In this document: positions 8,989-22,325 of the stretch, in pieces | Position numbering within the stretch: the stretch's first letter is position 1 | Layout: each line of letters starts with the position of its first letter | Origin: Halocafeteria seosinensis | Lineage: Eukaryota | Length of the DNA stretch: 38,058 nt | Direction of reading: 5' to 3' | Assembly (NCBI GenBank): GCA_001687465.1 | Contig: LVLI01000220.1 | Coordinates: forward strand, 1 to 38,058 | Notes under the pieces: model-generated | Told to the model about the DNA's origin: nothing | Databases searched by the model: none | The model's input: the letters and a program-made list of their open reading frames with translations, nothing else | Position numbers and translations under genes: made by a program

Positions 8989-11900
8989 ATGAATGGTCTG
9001 GTGTCCCGAGCACGCCGTGTCTTCTCCAAGGCGGCGGCTTTGTCTGACCAATACGCTCGACAGAGCAATCCCGAGGAGGAGCCATACAAGTCCAAGTATG
9101 CAGGGAGAAGTGTCCTGGACGACGCGCGCGCCCAGCTCTTGGAACTACGGTCTGAAATCGTCCATTACCAGCGTGAAGAAGAAGATGGCGCTGCCAGCTC
9201 CAGCCCCCAGGACCTGGAAGACAGCAGCGTATTTGACGCCCTATTCCCCGATCAAGTGGACAAGGGCACCGCCCTCAAGGTATGGTCGGTGGTCTGACTG
9301 TGTTTGTGTATGTGGGTGGGTGAGTGAGTGCTTAGTTTAGGTGGGATGATGCAGTTGATGGACGACCTGGTGGCACGAATCGATCGGCGCCTGGGGGTGA
9401 ATTACGTACAAACAGAAGAAAATCCATGTAAGAAGCTGCATCGATTGCATTCAAGCAGATCGCGTTTATGCTATGCTGCGTTGAAACAGATGGGTTGCAA
9501 ACTTTGAGTCGGTGTGTGAATTACTTGGAACCGAGACTTTTGGACATTTCGGGCCTACTGACAGACCACGCTACCTCCAAACAGGACGAGAGCCAAAGTT
9601 CCAATATATCGACATTACACTACCAGGACGCTTTCAAAGAGTACATGTGCTTGGCAATGATTGTGAGTATTGCCATTGACGTGCTCGACGCCAACAACTT
9701 TTTAGCCATGCTTTGGTCGGGATGGGATGAAAATGAAAAAGCGTTGGTACATCTTCGCCGCGCGAAACACAGTTATTTACGAGCAATGAAAGCGATAGGA
9801 TACTACTGCCCCGAATACAAACATCTTCATCAAGCAAAAATGGAGAGCATTAAGGAGCAGAACGACAACGCTGATAAGGAGTCTATACTATGGAAACTTC
9901 ATCCCGGACTTGTGACAATTGAGTCCTCTTACACACATACTCATTTTTACTATGCACAAGTTTATGGCAACCTTGGAAGGTATTATGTCGCAACAAAATA
10001 CGTGGAAAGCACATTGTACCGGCAACTCAGATACCAACTTGGAGTCCGCGGAAACCATACCCAAGAGCAGCAAGTGCCTGTTACCGAAGAAGAGGTTGAA
10101 CGCTATTTCCAAAGGGGAACAGAGACGGATGAAGAAACAGAAAAAACTGCTACCACAGAATTCTTGTCTGATCTGATTGGTACTGGACAAGTGGAACCAT
10201 TGGACGCGTTGGACTGGGCGCGAAATGCGATGCGACTATGCACTTTTTATTTAAATAAGAGTAGATATACCTTCGCGGCGCATTGCCTTAAAGCATCTGA
10301 AATAATGCTTGGACTGGAAAAGGAACGCCGTAATATAGATGTCACCAATGATGCAGATTTGAAGGCGTTAATGAGGATTCACCAGAACGACAATTCGTCT
10401 CAGGTCACAGAAGAGCTTTTACGGATAGAAGCTGAATTACATGCTCACTGGGGAAAGTTATACGTTTCAGTTTTGGAGGATGCATATAACCGTGAGCGTT
10501 CAGGGGCATCCTCAGCCGCTATGGAAGACAGAGACGAAGAGCAAATTCCTCACTTTACACATGCGTCCGACGCCCGTGCCCGACTTATGGAAGATAGCAT
10601 ACAAGAACATATATCGTTTTCGAAAGAAACAACCCTCTCAAGCGGAGACACTACAAGTGAAGAAAAGGGAGTTCTGGAAAACGAGAGCGAGGACGAACTA
10701 GATGGTCAAAATGTTTGGCAATCGGTTTCAACAGAAGAAGCGCCATTTGTATCGTTTATCAGATGTAGCTCTCTTAATCTCCTAAAGCAGATAACACACA
10801 TAGATCAAGAGAAATCTCTAGGGACATTAGACCAGTATATCCCGGTGGTTCGAATCACGCTCCCAGACAATATCAGAGACTTTCCTTCAGCCAGAGACGT
10901 ATTCAAAGCAGCAAGCAAACACATCTACGAAGCCTTAGAGTTTTTTGTGCTTGATGGCTTCGTCACTGACCATGTGGGTTTGCTTTCGGATCTAAGCAAA
11001 CTGTATAAATATGTAAGTATCCGACGTCCCTTCTCTAAATTTAGCAGCGTGAATATGTTTCTTGCTTTCAGATAGCACTATGGGAAGAAGATCCGAAAAG
11101 GGAGCAAGTTATGCATAGCCGACGTATTCAGATTCTTGGTCCGCTTCTTGACATTCTAAATCCGTCAATCTACATGGGTAAGTAGAGATGCTGACTGCCG
11201 GGATGTTGGCACTGTATTGGTGGGCATGCTACCGTGCAGATATACACAAACAAGTCGCCTTAGAAATGGGGCGTACAGCACAAGAATGTCTCGATCTTAG
11301 AATTCAGCGGGTGGAGCAAAAGAAAAAGACTACTAATACAGGACCAAAGGTACGGTGTTAACGCAATGCACGAAAACGGTGTGCTCAGAATGTTCCTTGC
11401 TCTCACAGAAGTCGGATATAAACTCCATTAACAAATTGGCGGATTTATCTTTGGGATTCCATAATCACTTTATACGGTGCTATGACGACAAAAGGTTCCG
11501 TAGGGCAAACAGGAGCCCTGAGGCGTCCTCTGAATCGGAAAATGAGGGCGGGGACCAATTACCTCCGGTACTTCCGGCACCTGACTCCACAATTGCGCCA
11601 AGTGTGGACGCTTGTGTCCCTGAAGGTGCGCAAGGCAAATACGACACAGGGAATTATGCGGTGGGCAATTTGAATGAACCATTATTAGGGGCTACGTCGT
11701 TGGATGACGGGAGCGTAGAAGCATATCTCACAGCACACTTTTGTATCGCGCGGGTGTTAACAAAGCGCGTTGATCCCTCTACACGAGAACAAGATCTAAT
11801 ACAAAGGTTAGTCAGTCTTTTAGTAGTGGTACGAATCTGTGTGTTCTGTTTTATGTGTATACTTGAACGCAGCTTGAAGCGTTCCGAGTGGCTTCTGGAA

Positions 11901-12029
11901 GTAGCACCAGCAATAATACCGAAAGATGACCCCGAAATGTTTTCTGAAGAACTTTCGCTCACTCGCGAGCACACATCATTGCTCCGTGAGAAGATAGATT
12001 ATCTGCATTTTCGTGGTGTAGAGCTTTAA
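8989..12029 (+). CDS. KIFBP: KIF-binding protein (KBP/KIAA1279 family), about 7 exons
   Basis: Motifs EEPYKSKYAGR, LGVNYVQTEE, YTHTHFYYAQVY, TLYRQL, DWARNA, FFVLDGFVTDHV and AHFCIARVLTK. Introns at 9281-9354, 9428-9489, 11013-11071, 11178-11239, 11350-11409 and 11807-11872. Confidence 0.9.
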
Positions 12030-12137
12030 TATTGAGCCGAAGAATTAGCTGCCTATTGTGGATATGTCTACTAGGTGAAGAGAGGAAATCGCAACGGTTA
12101 TACTTAATTTCAGGCAATGGCTTACCTACAAATTTAA

Positions 12138-15080
12138 CTATTTCCGTTGCTTGCTAGCTTTCTGAATTAGCTCTTCAACAACGTCGCTGTCAGCCAGCGT
12201 ACTTGTATCACCCAGTTGATCCGTCTGCAATGAAGCATTCACAAAAGCCGAGTTAAGTAATCTAAACACTGTCACACAGCCCACGGATACGTACCTCCCC
12301 AGCGATAACTTTTCGCAGCAAGCGACGCATGATTTTTCCGCTTCGTGTCTTGGGAAGAGCCGAAGTAATAATCACGTAGTCTGGGGTTGCAAGAGGGCCG
12401 ATGCTATGTCTCACAGTCATCCTGAGATCCTGAAGCAAGTCTTCGCTTTCTTGGACGTGCTCCTTTAAGGTAACATAGCAGCAAATTCCCTCCCCCTGGA
12501 TCACCCAGGTTGATCAGATTGGTAAAGTAAATTACTGAGCACATTGTCTGATTGTTCGCGTGCATACCTTGGTGTCGTGAGGAAACCCGACAACCGCCGC
12601 CTCTGCAACGTCTCCTTGGCCTACCAGGCAACTTTCAATCTCGGCGCTACCAAGCCGATGGCCGGAGACGTTCAAAACGTCTGCAACAATCACAATCTGT
12701 GAATGGTGGCCAAGTCCTGCCGGAAAGGAAAACACATACCGTCCACCCTTCCAGTGATCCAGATATACCCATCTTGGTCACGGTACGCCCCATCGCCGGT
12801 GAAATAATACCCTGCAATAGAAGTTTGAAGAACTAAAGCTACCTTGATACAGGTACTCACCGTGACTGCTTACCCGGATACGGCCGTAAGTACGTATTCA
12901 AGAAACGTTCATGGTCCCCGAACACAGTGCGAGCCATACCCGGCCAATCTTGCTTAAAGCATAAAACACCCTCTACACCGTTACCAGTCTTTTCAGCACC
13001 GGTGTCTTTGTCCAACAGAACTGGGTCAACGCCGAAATATGGAAAACAAGCACTTCCAGGCTTCATGGGAGTAGTTCCAGGAAGGGGGGTTATCATTATG
13101 CCTCCGCTGCGGTATTCATAAAACGAAACAGCTGGAATTTATTGCGTGACACACCTTAAGATTTGTTACCTACGTCTCAGTTTGCCAAAAGGTATCTACG
13201 ACAGAGCATCTCCCCTTTCCCACATTCTCATAAAACCATCTCCAAGCTTCAGGGTTTATAGGCTCGCCCACAGTTCCCAGTACTCTTAGCGAAGAGAGAT
13301 CGTAACCTTCCAATGGTCCCGTCCCGTACTTCATAAGAGCACGGATTGCTGTAGGTGATGTGTACAGCTGATTAACCCCATGGTCTTGGATAATCTCCCA
13401 ATATCTGTAACATCTTGCACAGTTTCATCGATAAAGTCAATCACTCTACGAATCGCATTTAAGGGAGAGCTCACCTCCCATTGTGCGGATACAGCGGAGT
13501 TCCTTCAAACATAACTGTGGTCGCGCCATTTGCTAAGGGACCATACAGGACGTACGAATGCCCCGTGATCCAGCCACAGTCTGCTAGACACGCGTATACA
13601 TCATTTTCCCTATAATCGAAAACATGTCTGCGGAAGAGCTAAAACGTCGATCAAACCTGGATGTCGGACCAAAGAGCTGAGGTACTCACTTGTGTGTTAG
13701 CATCGTGTGCAGTAAATACCCTGCTTGCGAGTGTTGTAATCCTTTTGGTTGACCCGTAGAACCTGAATAGAGAGTGATCAAGACTCCAACCAACCCTTCG
13801 TGGCATCATTTCCCCAGGCGGAAGAACTAACCTGAAGTATAGAGCAGAAACAATGGATCTTCTGCATCCAGTGTGACCGGAGGACAGTAAGGTCGGGCTT
13901 TGGGTAATTCTTCGTCCATTATTACCTGCAAGCGGATATTATACGCTTCTTACACTTCTCGATCGAAGTTGATGAACGCTTACATCATGTGAATGGTAAT
14001 CAACATGCGAAGTGCCAGTGTGTTTATACACAAACACGTTTTCCACAAAATGGCATTGGGACACCGCTGCAAAGCACAATTAAAAACGTTATAGTGTAGC
14101 GTCCTTAGAGGACTCTGGATCAAGCACCAACCAGTATCTGTGGTGTGTTTCACTGGTATGGTCTTTCCTCCTCGGGTCCCTTCGTCACATGTAAAAACGT
14201 ATTTTGAGTGTCCGTCGACTATTCTGTCCCTTAGAGAGTCCGATGAAAAGCCAGCAAACACTACCGAATGAACGGCGCCAATTCGGGCACATGCGAGCAT
14301 CGTAAACACGAGCTGGGGAACCATTGGCATGTATCTGAAGTACCATCAATACTATGAACTATAAGCAATCGGCGCTACAACCGTACAAGGAGAACATACA
14401 TTGCTACAGTATCCCCCTTTTTCACTCCATATGCTTTCATCACGTTAGCCACTTTGCTCACTTCTCGCAGAACGTCCCGATAGGTGTATTTGACAACGTT
14501 CCCAGGTTCATCGCCTTCGTGAATGATTGCCACCTGGTCACCCTTTGTTGGAATATGGCGGTCTACACAATTGTGGCACACATTCAGCTGCCCTCCATTG
14601 AACCATCGAATGCCGCCTTCTTCCAGGGAGCCCTCCTTCGTTCGGTTGGAATCGAACGCCCGGAACCTGCGAAGCACGACGAAGTGCAGTACCCACGCGC
14701 GCGCGTTGGGGCGTCCATGCCACTTACCAGTCCAAATGCGTCGTCGCCTGTTTGGCCCAAAATTCCTCCGGGTTTTGGACGGATTCCTCATACAACGCTT
14801 CGTATAAGTCCACACTGTCAATATGCGCCCCTTGTTGTGTATGCGTTGAAGGAGCAATTTTCGGTGACTGATCGCGGGCTTCATTGCTCGTTGCAAACTC
14901 TCTACGTGGAGCCATCCCCAATGCACAGGCCGCGCATGACTCTGGCTTGAATAACCGTGGCGAAAGAGACCAAGAGGAACGTCCACCGCCGTCGTATAGC
15001 CAGTTTACGGACTTGTGGGTTCCTCGTTGAAGTCGTTTAGCTGCTGCAGCTGCTGCTGATCGCGAGCGTACCGCCAGCAT
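12138..15080 (-). CDS. acs: Acetyl-CoA synthetase (AMP-forming) with probable mitochondrial presequence, 12 introns
   Basis: Motifs [93 protein letters not shown] and GDTSTLAD. Arg/Ala/Ser-rich N-terminus [20 protein letters not shown]. Confidence 0.97.
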
Positions 15081-15481
15081 GGTACGATAGTAGTCCCTTC
15101 CCAGACACGAAGAAAAATACAAAATAAGGCTATGTTCCTTGTGGCTTATGAAGCGGATGTAACAACTGTGGATAGAGCAAAAAATCTACAAAGACACTGC
15201 AGTCTGCAAAACCCACGCAACTTCAACTTCCGGGGGAAACGTACTTCAACCACGCTGTACAATACAACACTGGTATGGAATGGATAAGTAGGTGTTGAAT
15301 GGGAAGACATGGTGTTCATATCTGAATCAATGTTATTAATATCACAAGAATCCGTCAAGCCCAATGAGCTGCCTAGTAAGTCAGCCCACGTCCCACTACA
15401 ATTTTGCATACGGGAGATTATTTCGGTAGTACACCCTTAGTGTGTGCGACATCATCGTACGCAACCCCGCATTCCATAATT

Positions 15482-16008
15482 TCACGTTCTGAGTTTGAGG
15501 AGGGAGGAGTAGAGGCCACCAATACTACGCTCCTTGCCTTCTTTCGTTTTCGCTTGACCACCCGCTTTCTCCAGACGTTTCGTCAGCTCTTCCCGCGCTT
15601 CCTTCTCCTTGTCAGTACCCTGCAAACTCCTCAACTGAGAATTCGAATAGTCGCTGATTGAATCAGGAAGCGGCGCCTTGGGCTTTCCGGGCTTCCCCTT
15701 GGGTTTGGCGGCTTGAGGTTGGTCTGTATGACGAAAAAGCCACTCTTTGAAAGACTTCAATATGGACGTACAGGATTCTTAACGGAGCAAAAAAAAAACG
15801 AGTACCAATGCGTCTGGATTCCCCCCACACACAAAGGTAGCAACGTACCTCCAGCGCTGAAATATGCCGCCTGTACTGGCTTTGCCTGCGTCTCTGGGAG
15901 CCAACAAGACATCAGCAATGGGGCAGCTTCGACAACCCCGAGCTTCGTAATTATCTTTCCCGAGTTCCGGGTGAAAGAAGCATTGAATGTCCGTAATAGG
16001 CTTTGCAT
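15482..16008 (-). CDS. Hypothetical small basic protein, 2 exons, possible mitochondrial presequence
   Basis: MQSLLRTFNASFTRNSGK...AAYFSAG ends at a gtacgt donor that splices in frame (acceptor ambiguous) to the Lys/Pro/Glu-rich ORF 15482..15760. No family recognised. Confidence 0.45.
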
Positions 16009-17077
16009 TCTGTCGGGATTGAACTGAAGTCAACAAAAGATACGCAACCTCAACTGAAGTTTTTCGACGATTTCTCTTGGCTAACGCAACAATCGTCTGC
16101 GAGCACCTGTCTTGTTGAAATTCTTTTCTTTTGCTCTTTGATAAGCGTGTCTCTGGATGAGTACAGCAATAGTATGTATCAACTGGCTAATGTTTCTGGT
16201 CGAAGTCAACGTCAAGACGTGGTCATTGATCAACTGGGCAAACTTCAACAAGAGGGGAAGCGGAAACCAAAATTCCTTCAGTATCTAATAGGCGATGAAT
16301 AGGACCGATAGTAATCTCGTCGTTTTAGCTCTATTTATGCGGAAACACTACGACGACGCTAGAGTAGGGGTACTGTACCGCGTGCAGGTACCATAACTCA
16401 TACGTGTAACTGCACCGCAATTGTAATCTGCCGCTGCTGCAGGCAGACTTATTCCATGAAAACATTGGTAGATCATGTATCCCGTGTGTGTGAATGGAAC
16501 CAAAACCGTAGCCTTGTCGAGTTTGCTCACCATTCCATGGTGTTGGATTCCACTGGCATGCAGTACAACAGTACATGTACCGGTATGCAGTTAGTGTGCT
16601 GCCGTCCGGACAAACGTTCTCCAAGACTCGTGGGAAAGCAATACTGTACCTCAAAGGTCGGATGGATCCAATTATGAATGCAGACAATTTCATGTGTTAA
16701 ACTTGTGTCTGGCCACTTGCTTGCGCTGTGGCGCCTTCGGTCGCACTCGTCAGTTCTTAACGCTTACCCGGCGAGTTGAAGTTCGATGAGAAAGGCGGCT
16801 TTTCACTGCACATGCTACTAGATAGGTAAACATATTCTGTAGTATGTTGTTCATTGATGTGTTGAGGTTTGAATGCATCCGTCTCATATGATCTCGGAGC
16901 TAAGTATACCATTTATTCGTACAGCAGCTTCTTCCTGTGTGTGCGACTTGGCGCGACGGTGGAGAGCTCGCAGCCCATTCAACATTGCACGCACACACCT
17001 CCTTCGCCCAATCTACCCATGTTAAATGCCACAGGAGGAGGAATAGCAGTACCATCCCCCCCAAGCGAAAAGAAAGG

Positions 17078-20000
17078 ATGTCGATGAATGACAGCTTTTA
17101 CGAGGAGGGGGAGGAGGAGGAGCAACAGATCAACAATGAGGACTATGAGGAGGCTGTCGCAAGCAACCCTCCTCCATATAATCCATTAAACTCCTCTTCA
17201 TCTTCGACGAGATCTATTCGCGCGCATACGGCCACAGAGGAGCCTAGGCCGGTGGATAGACCGAATGATCGGATCCATGTGTATGTGCGTGTTCGGCCAC
17301 TGATCTCCAGGGAAGCCAACGCGGAAAAAGTCGTTTACAGCAAAAGCGAAAATGTACGTTAAGGTCTCAGATTTGGGGTATTTACGAACACAAACGCATG
17401 CTACAATTACGCTTTTCCGTCGGGGATAATGCAGGAAGTGGCGGTGGAATCAGCTGAGCACCGAGCTGCCCTCCAGGTGGACCGGGTGTTTCACCCCAGT
17501 ATGAACCAGGAAGATGTCTACAATAACCTGCGGGACTGTGTCCAACATGCCGCGGATGGCTACAACAGTACAGTGTAGGTTTTCATGTGTCAATGGAAAT
17601 ATTTTCTGCATGTTCCTCTAACCGCCAAGGTATGCACAATGCATTCTACTACTGCAGATTTGCTTATGGGCAAACGTCGAGTGGGAAAACGTACACTCTG
17701 TTCGGATCAGAAGGAGAAAACGATGTAGCTGGTTCGGTGAAGAGCGTGTCTGAGAGTGCCGGTATAATTCCACGAGCAATACGGTACGTACTACACATAA
17801 GTGTGACTCGTACGCTTGAGTCTACCCGACATGGAACCGGTCCTAGTCTTCTCCAGAGAACTCTTTGGCTATCTGGAACGGAAACAACGAGATGAAAACT
17901 CCCAAGAGAATTGTGGTGTGCAATACACTGTCTATTGCTCATTCCTCCAGCTTTACAACGAACGGCTGATGGACCTACTAACGGATGCGAAGCCTATCAC
18001 ATCGCCCAAGGATCTGGCGACTACCCCGAAACTGACCATACACGAATCTGGGTACGACATGGTCTCAAATTGTAGCAGCTTTGCCTGTATCCATATGTCC
18101 TCGCCCCGTGACTGCAGACACGATGGAGTTTACGTGGAAGGCTTGTCTGAATATTTGGTCACTAATGCAAAGGACTGTCTAGCCATTGTCGCACAGGGTA
18201 GTAAGAATAGAGCTATCAGAGCAACTCACATGAACGAGTTTAGCTCGCGCAGTCACAGCATCCTCCAGCTCCAAATTGAACGCCAAGTACGTCACTCTGG
18301 TTTTCTGAAGGTACCAGTATGCATTAATTTAACTTCGTGGCTGTGGCAGGAATCGGGAGCGAGTAGCCTAATTCGCTCTAAGCTAAATCTCGTTGATCTT
18401 GCTGGTATGTTAGATGCGAGGTTCCTTTTATCTTCTTTGGCGAAAGAGGATGACCTGCAAGTCATGATTATTGCAGGATCTGAGAGATGGACGTCCGACC
18501 GCAGCGTAAACATGGACGAAGCACATATATCAGAAATGACTAACATAAACTTATCGTTGCATACCTTGTCCCGATGCATCGAATCACTGGCGAAGAAGAA
18601 CAAAACTCGATCGGGCAAACGTATCCCGCAGCATCTACCGTATCGAGAAAGCAAACTAGTAAGTCCGACAGAATGACACACGCTTCGTTCAAATGAATGA
18701 CTCCACTGCATGGTATTGGCCGCAGACATATTTGTTGAAAGACTCTCTTGGAGGAAACGCGAGGACAAGAATTATTGTTACCGTTTCACCAGCTGAATCA
18801 AATGTTCAAGAAACTCTGAATAGCTTAATGTTTGCAGACTCGGCGAAGAAAGTTATGACGCACGCTAAGTTGAATACTGCGGTTCTGCCAGATCGAGTAC
18901 TAGTCAAGCAACTCCAAGCAGAAGTGGCTCGCTTACGGAAAGAGTTATTGCGCTATCAAGAGCAAGGAGTTGGTGCGCCGCAAGATACGATACAAAATGA
19001 AACTGAGCTAGAAGCCAACCAAGCAACTTCAGACTATAATTTTGCACGCGCAAACTTGGAAGAAGGGTCGGTAGCAAAGCATATGCTAAAGCTGGAGAGG
19101 CAGTACGCAAAACTGTTGAATGAGAATAAAAATCTCAAGGAAGAAGTTATGAACGCCCGGCACAAACAAACCCGAGAACCGGACTCGGCTCCACCTCCTG
19201 CAGATTCTTCTTCTGACATCGATACGCGCTCCGTTAGTTTTCTGCTTTCCAGACTAGAAAGATCTCTTTCCAAATTTTTCAACTTAGACATTGAAGAGGA
19301 GGATCTACAAACGCAAACGGACTCACTTCTCCAACAGTTACGGAAATCAGTCGGAGTTGGGCTGGGTCATGTGGAACCTACGGATACGCTATCACCAACT
19401 GGGTCAATGTATCCTGAACTCACTCAAGACAATGTATTAGAGTTTGGATATATTGGAGGCTCTGGGCATCGGCATCATGATCAGTTGCAGAAGTGCACTG
19501 CGTTCTCATGTTCTGTTGCGATCCAACCCGCTGAGGCACCAACTATGCCCCTGATGGCCCCGATGCTCCATGGCGTTGGTGATTTGGTACGGACAGGAGA
19601 AGTGGTATTCTCCGTACAACCTGAGGGGAAAATCACGGAAAGCGACGTGCATGCAAGTGTTCCCAAACCACTTTCTACAAGTAAAGAGCGGGTAGACATA
19701 GCGTACGATTCGTTCGCACATTCTGCTTCTCAGCATCCGACGAGTGCATCCAACCAACAAAAGCAGTTGCATGCAGTTTGCAGCAACGTTTCTTGTTCGG
19801 CCTTCGCCTCTGATATGGGTCACGAATCACAACGATCGTCCAGTCCAGATGCTGATCCAGCGTCTAATGATGGTATCAAGGTTACGGGCAACAGTTGCAC
19901 AGGAACGAATTCCAAACAGGATGATTCTACTGCCCAAGTAAAAAGTGAGAGCACATACGAAAGTGGGTCGCCTTTATCACTGGGAGAGACTGATCCCGAC

Positions 20001-21323
20001 GGTGGACGCCGTTCAGGATCTGCCGGCGTACGAAGTACAAATACTTCCTTAGCCGAATCTGCGAATGAAATGCCAGAAAAGGTGCCACAACGGAAAAACG
20101 TGTCGCAGGCGAGGAAAACTACTGTGCCCTTTGGCGACCATGGTGCTCAAGACGGATCGACTATTCCGATTCGAATGAGGGTCAAAGATGGCTCCACCAC
20201 GTTAAAGTCTCCTAGCCGGAACAAGCAAAATTTCAAAGCCGCCGCTTCCTCTGGGTCTCCACGGAAAACGCCGGCTGAGGAATACGAAGAGCAGAAGCGC
20301 CTTCAAGAGTGGCTGGAAGAGAAAGAGCGGAGGAAAAAGGAAGAAGAGGAAGCTGCAGCTCGTGCCCAAGAGGAGATGAGAAACGAACAAGAACGGAGAG
20401 AAAAAGCGCGACGAAGGAGGCATCGACGCCAGAAAGCCCTTTTGCGGAAATATAAGGAAAAACTCGAACAAGAAAGAACGCAACAACACGATACGCAGTC
20501 TGTGCAAAACTCGGTTTCTGAGCCGTCCGAATCTGCCATGAAGAAGAAAAAGAAAAAGAAGAAAGCCCACAAACCGGCACCGAACGTGAAGGACTCTACA
20601 CCTAATAATACCAGCAATGGGTATGATGAAACCCCAACGGCTGCAGATCTGCTTTACGAAGACGCGCCCGATCAATATGCTAACGTCATGGCCGACTTCG
20701 AAGAAGCACTGATGCTGGGAAAACAGTTGAATGGACATAAGGAAGAGTCGCGAGAACTGTTGCCGCCGGTTCCGCAACGAAACAGCGATCGACAAGATGG
20801 AGAATATGGCTCTTCGGATGGCAAGAATTCCAAGACCTCGTGCCATTCCTCTGTTTCCAAAGACGCTCACAAGTCGATATTAACTACGAATGAGGAAGGA
20901 GCTCTAGTAACCGACGGAAGAGTGCACATTGACGACTTCCATGAAGCAAGATGGAAAGCTTATCCAATGTTGGCAACAAATCAGCCATCACATGTACCAC
21001 AGAAAACCATAAAATCGAGCGAGAAGTCCGCCAGTCAAAGGCGTGTGTCCCCCATAGAAACAGAACGAAACCCGAAGTCACGTTCTGAAACTTGCGGGAA
21101 GAGCAATCAAGAAAAGCCATCGTACGACAAAATGCAGTCTACCCTTCTACCATTCTTACGGTCACGTAACGGGGATGAAGCGCAGGGCGCTTCCCATGCG
21201 GAGATTTCTAGTGGTCAACCGGATCGAGCACAGAGTCGTAACTTGCAGATCCAATTTAACAGTTGCTCGGAAGACTTCTCTTCAGACGAGTCAGAGTCTT
21301 ATGACTCAGAGTTTGAGGGATGA
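17078..21323 (+). CDS. Kinesin with N-terminal motor, coiled coil and long disordered tail; at least 7 introns
   Basis: IHVYVRVRPL, P-loop FAYGQTSSGKTYT, YNERLMDLL, switch I MNEFSSRSH, switch II LVDLAGSER, HLPYRESKLTYLLKDSLGGNART. Subfamily not assignable by eye. Confidence 0.96.
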
Positions 21324-22325
21324 TAAGTGACAACTCACTCCAATCTTGATACGTGTCAGCGCGCCGGCATATACATGTAGCGTATGCCATGTTGCTCGTC
21401 GGTATATGATTCTCTGCAAATGGTACATCCTCTCTTATAGAGTGTGTTATCTCTGAGATTCGTTCAATGTTTGACTGCGAAAAGAAAAAAAAGAGAGACG
21501 TTGCTTGTGCGGATCAGTCATTAGCATGGGAGTTGTTTTCCGTCCTACACTTATTTGGGTGAAGTATGGAGCTAGTCGCAGATCGACCCGTCTAACAGTA
21601 GCGAACACCTCGCATGCACTGCTTAATATGTGTACGTAGCAAAGAGACGGGTTGCTTATAGATATTAATATGACTTCTCCGATAACTCCTCAAACTATGA
21701 ATTTAATAAATTATTATTCCTTCCTTATTCGCTCGTTTTTCGCTAGTTTACTTCTTTAACGAATGATGAACTGTTTTGCGGACTAACAGGCGGATCCACT
21801 ACAGTTGTGCTTACTTCGAAAGGCCTCTGATTGCTTTTGCATTTTGAACCATTTAGGTGGATTCCGTGGGAGCTGTAATAAATACGGCTTTGGGAATTAG
21901 TGGGTTTCCATCTTCCATCTGCTGAACTCAAACACCGAGTCCCACTCGTTCCGCAAGTCAAGTAGATAGCAGTGAAAAGGAATATACGATAGTATACAGA
22001 GCATGGCCGTGAAGGGTACAATTATTACCGATCAGCCTCATTGAATTGGGCAGCTAGTAAGCTGCACCACCCCATTTGTTACAGAACCACACACTATCCT
22101 CCGCAGCTGCACCCTAAACAAATGGCCCCACATAAGACTGCTACTTGGATGACTCGAGCACAATAGCTGCTGATTTCCCGGTACCCCGATTCCCCTGAAC
22201 AAAGATGATACAGTATTTGTCTATTCAGTTTGGAGAGCTGAGTTGAGCGTCTTGTAAGGAGACAATGAAGATATCAATCCACCCTACAACAGTAGCGGAT
22301 AGACGTATGCGAAAGTCCCACAGTT

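Noticed and set aside
9663..9705. Apparent gtgagt...ttag intron in KIFBP
   Set aside because: 43 nt would shift the frame, and the segment encodes the KBP-like NNFLAMLWS motif.
20202..20870. Long antisense ORFs over the kinesin tail (similar ones overlap Rho-GDI, the mucin tail and PHF5A)
   Set aside because: Shadow frames of real or low-complexity coding sequence.
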